A DNA stretch of 64,000 nucleotides from Amphiscolops sp. MND2022 (taxonomy: Eukaryota). Each line of letters begins with the position of its first letter. Position 1 is the first letter of the stretch. Under the pieces are notes generated by a model. The model saw nothing but the letters and a program-made list of their open reading frames with translations, did not search any database and was not told the DNA's origin. Made by a program: the position numbers and the translations under genes. Positions 39,925-51,809 of this stretch are shown piece by piece. Where the stretch lies: the NCBI GenBank assembly GCA_964187785.1, contig OZ076409.1, positions 45,138,001-45,202,000 on the forward strand, given 5' to 3'.

Positions 39925-40117
39925 GTTGACGATAAGCTCAAGCAAAAACAAAGTAGAGGATTCGAATGTTGTATTGATGAAGTGGTAATTGAAATGTTTG
40001 AAGCAAACTGTTTTTGATATAGGCTGCCACGCAAAGTGACTAAGGTTAGCAAGATTCAGACTAAGGTTTAACAGGTATTGTTTACAAATAAGTCTATGAT
40101 CTTTAATATCCACCACA
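39924..40117 (-). repeat. 5' LTR of Gypsy element 3
   Basis: Adjacent to the PBS; direct repeat of 34878-35071. Confidence 0.97.
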
Positions 40118-40177
40118 ATGTGCAATGGCATCAAAATTGTATGGCTGGGATGTGAGAAACATAGCCAAAATTAACCC

Positions 40178-40747
40178 AACAAGACGGGAACGTCTAAAGT
40201 CGGCGCTATATCTTAGGCTCAAAAAGCGCAATGTTTTTAAAATTGTAAAAGGGGGACCCTTTGGGCTTTTTGGAACTTCAGTTTGTTGCAAAATATCAAA
40301 AAAATTGAATGAGGGACCATTTGGAGACATTTAAAAAAACGAAAAATGAGAATTTTGAAACAGTCTCACAGTGCCGAAAACTAGAAAGGGGGCACCTATT
40401 GGGCTTTTTGAAACTTCCGTTTGCTGCAAAATATCAAAAAACTTGAAGGGGGGACTGTTTGGCGACAAAAGAAAATTCGAAAAAAAGTCGCACAGTGCCG
40501 AAAAAAATTCAAAGGGGGGACCCTGTAGTCCCGTCCGGTTTTGTATCTTACGTTAAAAATTGAGTACACGAAAGGGGGGACCCTTTGCAGTAACTCAGAT
40601 GTGATTCCGCTTGCCGGTTCAGTACTTTTAGTAGTTCTGTAAAAAGTGTCCACTACGCATACATTCTGTGGTCTGACGAAAAAAAAAGAAAAAAAAACTT
40701 GCCACTGTAATAGTCGGGCTCATTTTGATAAAATGCGCCGACTAAAA
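40178..40747 (-). mobile_element. Non-autonomous Helentron-like element (HINE family 1)
   Basis: AACAAG-AGACG/GGAA/CGTCT-AAAGTCGGCGC ... TAGTCGGGCTCATTTT-GAT-AAAATGCGCCGACTAAAA. Inserted in CCC|AAAAATGGCC without a TSD; the empty site is visible near 34753. Confidence 0.8.
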
Positions 40748-40961
40748 ATGGCCAAAAAACAGCCATTTACCGGCTTTTTGGATTTTTACAAAAACTGTCC
40801 ATACGATTCGAACGAAAATTTATACAGTCATTTTCTACACCATAGTATGGTCTATGTGTGCAATTTCAATAAATTCGTATAACTGGGATTGGAACTAGTC
40901 AGAAGGAAAAAGACCTAAGCCGACTCCTTTACTGCATATGCGGCTCTGGTTTAATCCAATA

Positions 40962-41083
40962 GGGCAAATTTGGCTCAATTGTCGGTTCAATACTTTCAAC
41001 TCAGTAAGCTAATTATTTAATTCAAAAGGGGCAAATTTGGCTCAATTGTCGGTTCTATACTTTCAACTCAGTAAGCTAATTAA
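40962..41083. repeat. Tandem duplication with 67-bp period
   Basis: GGGCAAATTTGGCTCAATTGTCGGTTC(A/T)ATACTTTCAACTCAGTAAGCTAATTA at 40962 and 41029. Confidence 0.85.
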
Positions 41084-41502
41084 TAGTTTTTTCACTAAAA
41101 GAATATGTAGAAACTGCATTTCAAGACAACCCAGGGGCATTCATGATTCCACATTGATTATGAACCATGCAGGTTTGTGATTCGAGGCTGACCATAGTGT
41201 GGACCATCTATAATTCTACGTGGAGCATATGTTTTGGAGCTTACTATATAGTGAAATTATAGAAAACATGGTACTATATATGGTCCAGACTATACTCAGT
41301 CTGGCCAAGAACCGCGGGCCATGTAGTTACACCAGAAGGTTGCACCAAGGCATCCTTCACATGGTTGAAAAAATTTGTTCAGGCTTAACCATTTTGCTTA
41401 TTTTTATTAGAAGAGCTAAATGTGTTTCATGTTCAGCTATAAATTGGAAATTAATTTGAACTGGAATTCCGAGAAACTAGCAAGTACCATCATTTATTTC
41501 AG

Positions 41503-41923
41503 AATACCAAGGGACCAAGCTGAAGCTACCAACACCTGTGCTGGAATTTCGGAGGTTAAAACAACTCTAAGCGGGCTGACGAGTCAAAGTGAAGAAGGTG
41601 CGGCTGTGAGAGCCCAAGAAGACTCAGTGAAGAAGCTTAAGGACAGACATCTGAAAGCAGATGACTCAGAAACAGGTAAAATGAAATTTGCTGCTGAAGA
41701 TATTGGTGCTTTTCCTTCGAACGCTGACAGCAATGAGAATATAAGTGCCTCTGTGCAGAGTTTAGAAGTGAGGCAGGAGATAATGGTCACTGCTAGTGGT
41801 GAGACCCTGGAAAAAAGCAAGACCCTCCTACGTGAGCAACAAGAAAGTCCCGCCTTCGGTGGGCGCAGTTGTTGGCAGAGGTGTCTACGCAGGTCCGTAA
41901 GGTCACGGGTCAAAGTCTCGTAG
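41503..41923 (+). CDS. Probable coding exon of an unidentified gene (Ser/Glu-rich, possibly terminal)
   Basis: Acceptor CATTTATTTCAG at 41502, about 140 open codons with higher GC than the flanks, stop at 41923. No recognisable domain. Confidence 0.4.
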
Positions 41924-42109
41924 GCCATGATTTCCTGATTCAGAATCTCCTATTTCAAAATCTCCTGCATCAAAACAAATTATTTAAATAAACTTTATTG
42001 ATAATTCAGGAGATTATGATTTGGGAACTTTTGACCTGGGAAATTTTGACTGAGATTTTGACATGTAACCTTTCGTGAGAAATTATCACACATTGAGCCA
42101 TTGCAACAT

Positions 42110-42235
42110 CATACCTCGGCATGGACTTTACCATGGCATGTAATTTACCAAGCATGCAATTTATCATGGCATGCAGTCTACCATATGGTATGCAATTTAC
42201 AATGGCATTCTATTTCCATGGCAACTTTCTACCGT
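42110..42235. repeat. Degenerate minisatellite, ~17-19 bp unit (ATGGCATGCAATTTACC)
   Basis: About six imperfect tandem copies. Confidence 0.7.
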
Positions 42236-42843
42236 TTCAGTACAAAATTAATTGCGAAATTGCATAGAACATGTCACTGACGTCATCAAAAACTGAAATA
42301 CTCTAAATGAAATTTCATTTTCCGCGCACGTTTCAATCATAGAATACCGAGAATTCTCAGTCTCACTTTTTGAATTTCGCCATACTTAATCTTGTAGTTG
42401 AAGGATAAAGCTTCTTTCATAAAAATCAACGACAATAAATTGTTTCGTAGCATTCATATTAATGGAAACCATTGAAAATTCGAAGAAAAAGGCCTAAAAA
42501 TTAAAATTAACAAAAAATGTTTGTGCAAGTTTTTAACAATTTTTTAAATGTATGTTTTTGGAAAAAGTCAGGGCTGAAAATTTTCCGGTCATTAGGAGGC
42601 GTTCTGATAAGTCAAAAGTAGTACTGAAAGTAAGTCAGGTGAAATTGTTTCAGAAAATGAAGCCGACTCCAGCGTTAATTCCTCAGCGAGAAGCCATTTT
42701 ATATTTCGTGGGTGAATGAACTCAGAAGCTTGATAAACTTCCAGCTGCTTAATATGAGTTGAACGCCTGAAAACATTGTGTGGAGTTCCCAAAGAATTTC
42801 AGCTCATCTGATGGAAAGACAAAACGAAAACACAGACTTCGAA

Positions 42844-43917
42844 TTAATAATTATTGAGCACCTTTTGCCGCATCTGTCTCTTCAAACGGAACTGTGTTTC
42901 CCTCTCTTGTAGAGCCTGTTTTAATTGACATATTTCAGTGTCCAGTTTTGATAAATCCAAATCAGATAAAATTCCTTTCAAGTTGATTTCGGTCTGTAGC
43001 TCATTATCATGTTTCTTGTTAACATAGTTCCCACTTTTTCGAAAATCGACATCATTGGTTGTTCTTTGTGCCACACTTGTTTTTGGCGAGGTATCGATTT
43101 TTTTATCCCCGTTTTTTTCTGTTCGTATTAAATGACCGCAGTGTACCAAATACTCGACTTTTTTCCTCAACGTGTCGCATTCCTTTTTTGAACAGTCAAC
43201 TTCTGATTTCAATCTCCTATTCTCACATCGCAAGTTTCCTACTTCGAATTGTGATGAGTTGAATGCTACTTGTTGTCTTGAGCTGTGGTGCTGTGCTTCG
43301 GAACATTCCTTTTCTTTCTGAGACAACTGTATCTTCAATTTAAGTACTTCGTCCACTAACTGGTCTTTCTCAACTTTGAGGACCAGAATTTCACAGTTGA
43401 GTTTTTCAACGCATGCTGAAAGCTCAGTAACATCATTTTGTTGTTCATCTTCTCCAAATGAGACCTTTTTGCTTCTATAGGGACCGGCAACGCTCAATTG
43501 ATTTGCTAAAGTTTCGTTTCGGGATTTCAAAAGTACTACTTCGTTCTTCAACTCTTCATATAATTTAACTGCTTCGTTTTTTTCTAGAGCATTCGTTGAT
43601 AGATCTCTTCTCAGTCTCTGGACCTCTGATTTGAGATGAGCCAAAAGAGCATCAGACTGTTGGTTCGACTTACTGGATGATAAATAATGCTGCTTTTCTT
43701 TCAAATCTTTGTTCAATTTGTCCAAATTTTCTTCTTTGTGGTTCAAAAAATTAGTTCCTTCTTCTAAATCTTTGAGTTGTCTATCCAGGATCTGTTTCAA
43801 ACGCGACAAACTCCCTTCAGCAACATCTGGGCTTTGAGAAGCGATATGATGAAGCAACTGAATATGCTCACGCTCCAACTGCTTGTAACGTCGCTCCAAA
43901 TTCAGTGCTTCAGACTC
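42844..43917 (-). CDS. Terminal exon of a coiled-coil protein gene
   Basis: 357 open codons rich in E/K/L/Q heptads; phase-0 acceptor TTTATCGACAG|GAG at 43918/43917; stop at 42844. Confidence 0.75.
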   Translation of the reverse strand, partial: ESEALNLERRYKQLEREHIQLLHHIASQSPDVAEGSLSRLKQILDRQLKDLEEGTNFLNHKEENLDKLNKDLKEKQHYLSSSKSNQQSDALLAHLKSEVQRLRRDLSTNALEKNEAVKLYEELKNEVVLLKSRNETLANQLSVAGPYRSKKVSFGEDEQQNDVTELSACVEKLNCEILVLKVEKDQLVDEVLKLKIQLSQKEKECSEAQHHSSRQQVAFNSSQFEVGNLRCENRRLKSEVDCSKKECDTLRKKVEYLVHCGHLIRTEKNGDKKIDTSPKTSVAQRTTNDVDFRKSGNYVNKKHDNELQTEINLKGILSDLDLSKLDTEICQLKQALQERETQFRLKRQMRQKVLNNY

Positions 43918-44549
43918 CTGTCGATAAATTGTTAAAATTAGATATAGAAGTAACAGTCTAAAAACTTTTGGAATTTTTCAGAGGACTTTTGGCGAACTTT
44001 TTTGACAATCTCGCCAAGCTTTTCAAGAAGAAATACACCTATTTGCGAAATCGTGACAAGAATTTTTCAGAGAGTTCGAAAAAACAATGAGTAAATGCTA
44101 ATTAGCATAATGTTTGAGTATAATTGAATAATAATAATGTTTAGCATAATTAGCATGAATGTTTGAGAAGTTGTAAATCAATGTTTTTAACACACTTTGA
44201 AGGTATTTTGTGCATTTGATGAAATAGCAATTTATTCAAATGAGACGAAAAATTTATTGACTCTGTTCCGTACTTTGATTATTCGTAAAACACACTCCCG
44301 GAGCTTTGACTACTAAATGGATTTGAAAATTCAATAAAGTGCAAAAATGATCATAAGTAAAAGGGTTTATCAATAAAAAGGTCCAAAAAGATGACAAGTT
44401 CTTCGAGTACCCGGATTGACCTGACATGCAAACCATAAAATGTTTCCATATATGGAAATTAGTTGCCATACAAAAAAAACATTTTGTTTCTTGCTACGAC
44501 TTTAATGTTTTCTATATATGATCATTGTATAGATTGCATGATTTCATAT

Positions 44550-44925
44550 AACTGTATGGCCCTTTTATGGAAACCATGTTTTCAAGTATGGCCCTTTTAT
44601 GGAAACCATGTTTCCAAGTATGACCCTTTCATGGAAACCATGTTTTCAAGTATGGCCCTTTTATGGAAACCATGTTTTTTGAAGTATGGCCATTCTATGG
44701 ATGCCATGTTTTTTAAGTATGGCCCTCTTATGGAAATCATGTTTTTTGAAGTATGGCACTTTCATGAAACCTGCTCTTCTGTTACTAACCTCACAAAATA
44801 CAAGTCATATTAGGACTCATCATTTTTTCTGGAAGTGGCACCTTTCGCTAGAAGCTCAATATGATTTGAACCCATGTTTTCAAAGTATGGTTATTTCATG
44901 GAATGCATGTTTTTAAAGTATGTTT
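44550..44925. repeat. Intronic minisatellite, ~31-33 bp unit (GTATGGCCCTTTTATGGAAACCATGTTTTCAA)
   Basis: About 7 tandem copies plus degenerate trailing copies. Confidence 0.85.
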
Positions 44926-45229
44926 TGGAAGTTTCAAAGATGAAAAACCGAAAAAGTCACCGTGTTAGACAGAGGAACTCTAATTTCTGACTAATTAATG
45001 TTGACAGTGAAAACTTGTTTAAAAAGCACGTTTTTCATAGTTTGAACAAACTATGGAAACCATTCGTTCCAATAAATGACCATAGTATGGGAAACATGTT
45101 TCTCATGAAATGACCATAGATCTTTTTGTATGGTCATTTTATGGCTGAACTGATTTCATAAACACCATATATGACATTTTATGATCTACATGTTTTTCGT
45201 ATGGTGGTCAACCCGGGTATTGAATTAAC

Positions 45230-45382
45230 CTTCTCTTCAAACATTGTCTTCATAGTTTGGTGCCTCTGACTCAGAAATTCGATGTCTTCCCGTTGATCAC
45301 TGATTAGCTCTTCGTATAAAATCTTTTCATCTTGCCACATAAATTTTGCATTCTCAATTTCTGCCGTCAAGGAGTCTGCCAT
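45230..45382 (-). CDS. Upstream exon of the coiled-coil protein gene
   Basis: MADSLTAEIENAKF...MFEEK ends at a phase-0 donor AAG|GTTAAT (45230/45229), in frame with the 43917 exon. The 5' limit is uncertain: ATG at 45382 or an acceptor near 45478. Confidence 0.6.
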
Positions 45383-46204
45383 CGTTTCTCCAGAAGGACG
45401 CTTTTCTATATTCCGTCCCTCCACATCATCCAGCAGAGTTGATTTGAACTCAGAATTTGCTCCTGGAGCCACACAAACCTTTTATATGAACTTGAACTCT
45501 ACAGAAGGATATATTCAGAAATGCAATTTAATTTCTTAGGAACTAATAAAAAGTTTTTCTTTTTGAATACTTCCGTCAAAAATCCAGAGTTAAACAATGC
45601 GAAAGTTATAATTGCTACCCAGCACGCTTTTCGAAGGTTTTTGTTCAGAAAATGTCACGAACATTTTTTATTATTCAACAGTTATACAAATTTTTAGAAC
45701 CCGGAATTACCCGAATTTCGACATTTTTTCCAGAAATCTCGAGTTTTTGGCAAACTTTGTACATTTGTTGAAAGCTTTGGTGGGTATGAGTAAGCACAAA
45801 GTTGAAGAAAAAACAAGCTGCTGAGAATAATTTTTCAATGACTTTTTTGAAGTCTTCAAATGTCTCCTGAGTAGTTTTTCCGGTTTCTGCCGTTTTACGC
45901 AAGATTAGCAAAAATTTTCAAGGTTTTGTGGCTATGATCATCAGAGATCAACTACCAACAAAAATTGTTTTTAAATATGTAAAATTATTGGTTGTTTAGC
46001 AGAAGCGAATATTTTCATCAATGTTTGCAATGATTGACTGCGTTATGCTGATATTTCGTGTTTGGAACCATGAACTTAACCATGTATAGTCTTTCTGCGG
46101 TCAGCGTGTTACTAAGTGTGTGAACAGTCTATAATGAGCATATGATTATACCATTTCATGATGGACTATGATCAGAGGGAACACAGGTATACAGTATGCC
46201 AGAC

Positions 46205-49200
46205 TGTGGCCGAGGGCTTCGGCTGAGGCAATAGCATAAAAGGCGCCAACAATTGATTGTTCTAAAAACTGTAAACAATCATGTACCTGCCAACATTCGT
46301 CGTCGAAGCGACACAAGATATTGTCATTGCAGTAAGTTGCCTTTGAAATATAGTTATCATTGAAGAATACAATATTGTTAGCCAGCAGGTTCCTCTTTGT
46401 TATAGCGCAGAAACAAAACAAGCTGGGAAGATAGCAAGTCGAAAGACGGAAGTTCCGCCGTTGCGGGCTTAAATCCATATTGGAGCGATCTCCAGAAAAA
46501 AACCGAGTGTGGAGTGGCGAAAGCGAGTGATCTTTTCACTTTCGCCATGACAGCAAAATATTCCATAGCATTTACAGAAGTACTCAGAACTGCGAATGAA
46601 ACAGCCAAAAAGAAGGCGTTTCTCAAAAAATTGGACTATTCAGTGGCTGAGCAAAACCGCCTACGAATTCTTCATTTATCGTTGAGGGCCGCAGCGAGAA
46701 AGACTTTTGAGTTAAACATCTGGCAGTGAAAATTGCAGGAATCTCAACGAATGACTTGGACAATTGCAAGAACCCTCCGACACGAAGCGTAACCGAATTT
46801 TGGATAGATTCAGGAATTTCTCTAGAAAGCAGATGCAATCTCTGAACTTAGGGCAATGTTGGCTCTCTCTGGATGGCATGGCATCTGAGTGCGACTTTCG
46901 GACGCGAACTGAGAGGCTGGTGCCTCACATCTTTATCCTCAACATGAGACATTTACAGTACAAAAAAAAACTTTTTACTGAGCCAAAGCAAAACCGAAGG
47001 AGGCTCTGGAAATTGCCATCGCTTCTGAATACTGGTTGCTTCCTCAGAAATCATTCGGAGAAATTAGAATAGAAATAAAAGCAGAACCAGTATGTACAGT
47101 GAATAAAAAGGAGGATTGTCTTAGATGTGGGATGGAGAACTTCACGATGGACCTTCTGGAATATTGTCCAGCAAAGGAGAAACAATGCCATAAATGTGGC
47201 ATGACAAGGCATTTTGGAAAAATCCGTAGAATCCCGATCAAAATCAGCAAAAACAACCGCCGCGGCGTGTGAACTGGATTGAAGAAAAACAAAAATCAGC
47301 GATGAAGACTGTGAAACACAGTACGTGCTGGGAATGGATGCAAAAGGCCAATCCCCTTTCATGATGAAAAAAAAGTAATCAAACGAAATTTTGCCTAATT
47401 ATTGACTCATGGTCGTCAGTTACCATCAATAGTCATGACGAACTTCAAAAAATACTCCAAAATGATGTAATTATTTACTCCAAACGGCCGTAAATACTCC
47501 AAACGGCCAGTGACTTTCTTGGGGTACATATTTTTTGAATTTGAAAGTCGGTGGACAACCGCGAGAATAGCGGTGGCACGGCCAGGGGCAAAATCTATAG
47601 GGGGGAGAGACCTGATCAACTACCTGCAATACGTCATTGAACCTAAAACAGAGGGTAAGTTGAAAACTTCAATAAATAATGAAAAGGATTTTGAGCCAAA
47701 GAAAAATAGACGGATAAAAACTGAAATTTTGTGATCTGTTCAAGAGAAAAAGCAGAATAAAACACCACAAAATCCGCGCAAGACCGCAAAAAGGCTCGGT
47801 GGAAAAACAACAATGGCCGCCACGTACAAACTTAATTACAAGAACCCGTGAAGAAAGAAATAAACAGACTCTTACAAGAAGGTTACATTGTTATAAATCG
47901 AGGAAACCGTATTTCTGCATCTGATGGTTACCACACTTGAAAGACAGAAACGTAAAAATTGCTATGGATGCCAGAGAGAACTTGGCGGCACATTCTTGGT
48001 CCCAGATTCCGCAAAATTATACCGGCCAATGTATTAACCCATGCCCTCAGATTCCGAAAAAGGCCAATTTTCGTGGCGTGGTTTCGCAAATTAGTGCTAA
48101 ATTGCCAATTTTACACGCTCTAGGACATGTCTGCGGAATCGGAGGGCCTACAGGCACAGAAATGTGTCTGTAGTGATTAACTTGCCTATGCATTGTAATG
48201 AAGAACAAAAGTGTTGTAAAGGACAAATACTTAATGCCAATTTTGGATAATCTCTTGGACATTGTTGACCATGTCGGTGGAGATACTGGAAAAGCATTCT
48301 ACTCAATATTAGACAAGCTGTATGCCCGTGGCCAGGTGAAACTCAGAGCGGACACGTCAAGACGATGCAACTTCCAGATAATTGGTGGCAAAGCAACTGA
48401 GGTGTGCAGATTCGTAACAGGATTCAATGGCTTAACAACAATGCCAACAGAGTTCCAGAATGTCATGGACTTAACATCCGCAAGTATTTCAACCACACTT
48501 GCTTTTATAGATGATATCCTCATTGTTACACACAGAACAGATGAGGAACACGTTGAGAAGGTAACAGAAGTGTTGAGAAGACTGACTGGATCAAGCAAAC
48601 AACAACTGGAAAAAAGAAAACATGTTCGCGGCGGACAAAAACGAATGAGTCGGGCGAAAACTATCACATTAAGGTGTCGAATCAATAACCTGTTTAGTCC
48701 AGGCAATTTCAAAAAGACTGAATCCAACTAATCTGAAGCAAGTTAGGTATTTTCTGGGGCAGTAACTCAGTTAAATAAATTTATTCCTGACCTAGAAAAA
48801 GTTTGTTTCCCTTTCAGATCGCTATCGAATGAGGTTTGGAAAAAAGTCACGATTGGAAAAAAACATTCGAACAAAACAACTAAGGAACAAAGAAGGTAAC
48901 AATTTTGAACCACTTTAAATGACATTGCCCGCTGCGAATATATAGTGATGCTAGTAAGGCATGACTAGTAGCAGTTCTGCAACAAGAAGAGAAAGGAGAA
49001 CGGAAACCAATATCATTTGCATCACATTTTACAACTGATGTACTGTCAAAATACTCAATTATTGATTTTGAACAACTTGCATTTTGTGGTCAGTAAAAGG
49101 GTTTCGCAGCTATGTTTATGGCGTACCGTTCAAACTTGCTTCTGACCATAAGGAGATAGCGACAGCCTTGAAGGGCAAAACATCAAATGATACCTTTACG

Positions 49201-51661
49201 TGTAAGCTCACACGATGGGTTGATAGGCTAATACCTTTTAATTTCGACGTCGACATGTCTACACCAGGAAAGACATTAGGCAAAGCAGATCCTTTATCAC
49301 GAAATCCAACCTCATTAAGTCGAAGGTCAACAAAGGTAACACATTATGGTACGAGTGGTTCCCGGTTAAAATTGTTTCAGAAATGAAGAACAACTTGTTG
49401 GAGACTGGGAAAGCAATCCACCGCGACCGGAAAACAGTCAAAATCGACAACGACGCAAAGGAACGCGGAAGTAAGAAAGGAATTTGCGACGCCGCGACAT
49501 CCATAAAACATACAACTAAAGACACATTCAATCAACAACTCGATGATATGAGCGCGCATAAAAGTGATTCGCAAAAACAATAGCAAGAATCCGCAATTAT
49601 ACTGCCAGTAAAGAGACCGTTTTCCATAGGTTCAATTAATTCAAACTCAAATATTCCAATAACATCCTGCATTCAGAGGATTGGCGATAGTTTATTAGCT
49701 GGAATATACTTGCATGACCCGTTACTACAAGCAGTGCAGCTTATTATAAGATTTGAATGAAAACAAACTACAAAAGTTATCTCGAAAGTGTGGCAGCAAA
49801 GGATTAAAAAGTGTAGTCACGACGAAAACGATTTCTTTTACGTTGATGAAAATATAGTTATTCTCGAAGAACTGCGGAAAACAATATTCCGAACCCTCCA
49901 CTGAGGAGACCCGGGTCGAGACGCAATGTTCCAGGTGTTGTGGACAACTGGTGTCCTCAGATCTATCGACAAATATTTGAAAAGACTTATCCCGCAATCA
50001 AAAAGTGGAAAACCACTCGCAGCGGAAAACCATTCTGATGAAATGTCACTAGACTCTGCTTGACCATAATTATTAGCACTGGAAAACAAAATGTATTTTT
50101 TAGTAGCTATAGAGCATAAAACAAACTGCCCAAATGACATGTTTGTAAAAATTCTATGGCGGAGAGTCAGTTAAAGGTCTCTTCAAGGAACTTATAGTTC
50201 AATTTGGCATTCCAAAAAGAGTAGGGACAGACCTCGCCACTATATACCGCCTCCAAACGTTCAATCAATTTTGAAGGGTACGTTTTATCAAACATTTTGT
50301 GGCCAGCGAGAAGACGGAAAATTCGGAAACAAAACGAACGAATAAAAGCAGATAAACCGAAATTTAACCGACAAAGGGAACTCCGGATTAGCGTGTATCC
50401 TATTGCTCTGAGATAGCGTAGCAGCAACCCGTTTAACTAGCAGCAGCACGTTTGAAAAATAATTTGGACGTAAGCCAAATACCATAAAAACATACTTACA
50501 GAAAAGCCAAAACTTGTTTAGAAAACAATAAAACGCTGCAACAGTCGCTGGACGATTTTCCGAAAGACGACTACTTTTTGCGTGACAAAACTGAAACAGA
50601 AAACTAAACAGCCAGTTGACGAGGAAAAACGGCACAATTGTAAACGAAGCAGACCACGCGAACACGAAGTGACCATGAACACAACTCGAGGACGCCAGGC
50701 AGTCTCCAAACGAGACGTAACTAAGTTTAAACAAAATACTGCACTCTACAGCCCAAAAATAACGAAGAAACAGCCACTTCCCAGAAAGAACATTGCTGCT
50801 CTCAAAGACGCGGAAATACGGAGTGAAGTGGAGCCAAACAAGCGACTCAAATTACTTGCCGCGAAGGATTACGAAAAAAAAACGAAGAAACCAAAAAGAC
50901 AAGGTCCTCACGGAAACAACGAAAACCACGAAAATCTCTAGCTAGAAAGAAGGTTTGAAGAAAATGAAATCGTGGATAGCTAATCGGATGACGAAAATGC
51001 CACGACTGAAAAATTAAAAGAAGAAACGGAGTCACAACAAACTGGAAGAACCATCAACATCACAGAAACCATTGTCTTCATCCCGCCAAAGTCAGGGGTC
51101 AAAAACAATCCAAACTAGTACGGCCACAATGTGATGATATTTGAAGTTGAAAAGGAGGAGAAGGCGCCAAGCGAAACTAAAACCGAAGAAGATCTACGAA
51201 GAAAAGTGGAAGCCAATCCGGTTCTTTTGAAAACGACGCCTGCAGAATTAAATGATTGGAAGAACAAATAAAACCAAAATGGAAAACAGTAAATTATCAT
51301 ACGTTTAACTATCATAAGTAATCTGGACAAGAAACCCTCGTATATCGTTTCTGGGGTACTAAAGGATTGGATTGTTACAAATATGACCACTACCTAAATA
51401 CATCATTACATTTACATAGTTACATTGTTACATTTATCTAACTGTAACATTTAAGATAACAAAAACCCGCAGTGGGGAAGGTGTGGTCGAGGCCTTACAA
51501 TGAGGCAAAAACAGAAAAAGCGCTAACAATTAAATATCCTAAAACTATAAACATTCGATTATGTACTACCTGCTAAATTCTTAGTCGAAACGACACAAGA
51601 TATTATCATTGCAGAAAATTGCCTTTGAGATATACTGTTATCATTGAAGAATACATTAACG
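46205..51661 (+). mobile_element. Ty3/Gypsy (Mag-like) LTR retrotransposon 4, old and degenerate
   Basis: LTRs at 46205 to about 46375 and 51482-51661; TSD CAGAC at 46200-46204 and 51662-51666; purine tract GGGGAAGG. Motifs CLRCG...CPAKEKQCHKCGMTRH, IAMDARE, LAFIDDILIV, LTRWVDRL. Confidence 0.92.
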
Positions 51662-51809
51662 CAGACATTGCTCTGTCCACGATATGTGGATTTGTCGTGA
51701 CTCTGAATATGTAAATTTACCCCAAAACAATCTAGCTACTTGACATACTCTTGTATAGAGAAATAAAGAGTTGTTTACAAAAAAAACGGTTCAAAAAGAC
51801 AATGTCAAA

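Larger units (their letters stand above)
34878..40117 (-). mobile_element. Ty3/Gypsy (Mag-like) LTR retrotransposon 3, full length, youngest of the four
   Basis: 194-bp LTRs at 34878-35071 and 39924-40117 with 6 mismatches; TSD ATGTG at 34873-34877 and 40118-40122; PBS TGGCGCTGCGAGCA; purine tract AAAAGGGGGAA. Confidence 0.97.
34544..40952 (+). mobile_element. HINE family 2 element with internal tandem units, split by Gypsy element 3 and a HINE family 1 copy
   Basis: 5' TTTTT-AGGAGTCGG (34544-34557); 3' CCGACTCCT (40920-40928), hairpin CTGCATATGCGG, then CTGGTT. The unit GGCATCAAAAT...GTGAGAAACATAGC...CATACGATTCGAACGAAA occurs on both sides of the insertions. Confidence 0.7.

Noticed and set aside
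39925..40134. First 70 codons of the 666-aa ORF
   Set aside because: They run through the LTR and TSD into the host repeat, so the open frame is likely fortuitous. The plausible start is at 39924.
41125..41172. Candidate next RING-CH exon ending EPCR|GTTTGT
   Set aside because: There is an in-frame TGA just upstream and no clean acceptor in the required phase.
44463..44916. ORFs with repeated MALLWKPCF
   Set aside because: Translation of an intronic minisatellite.
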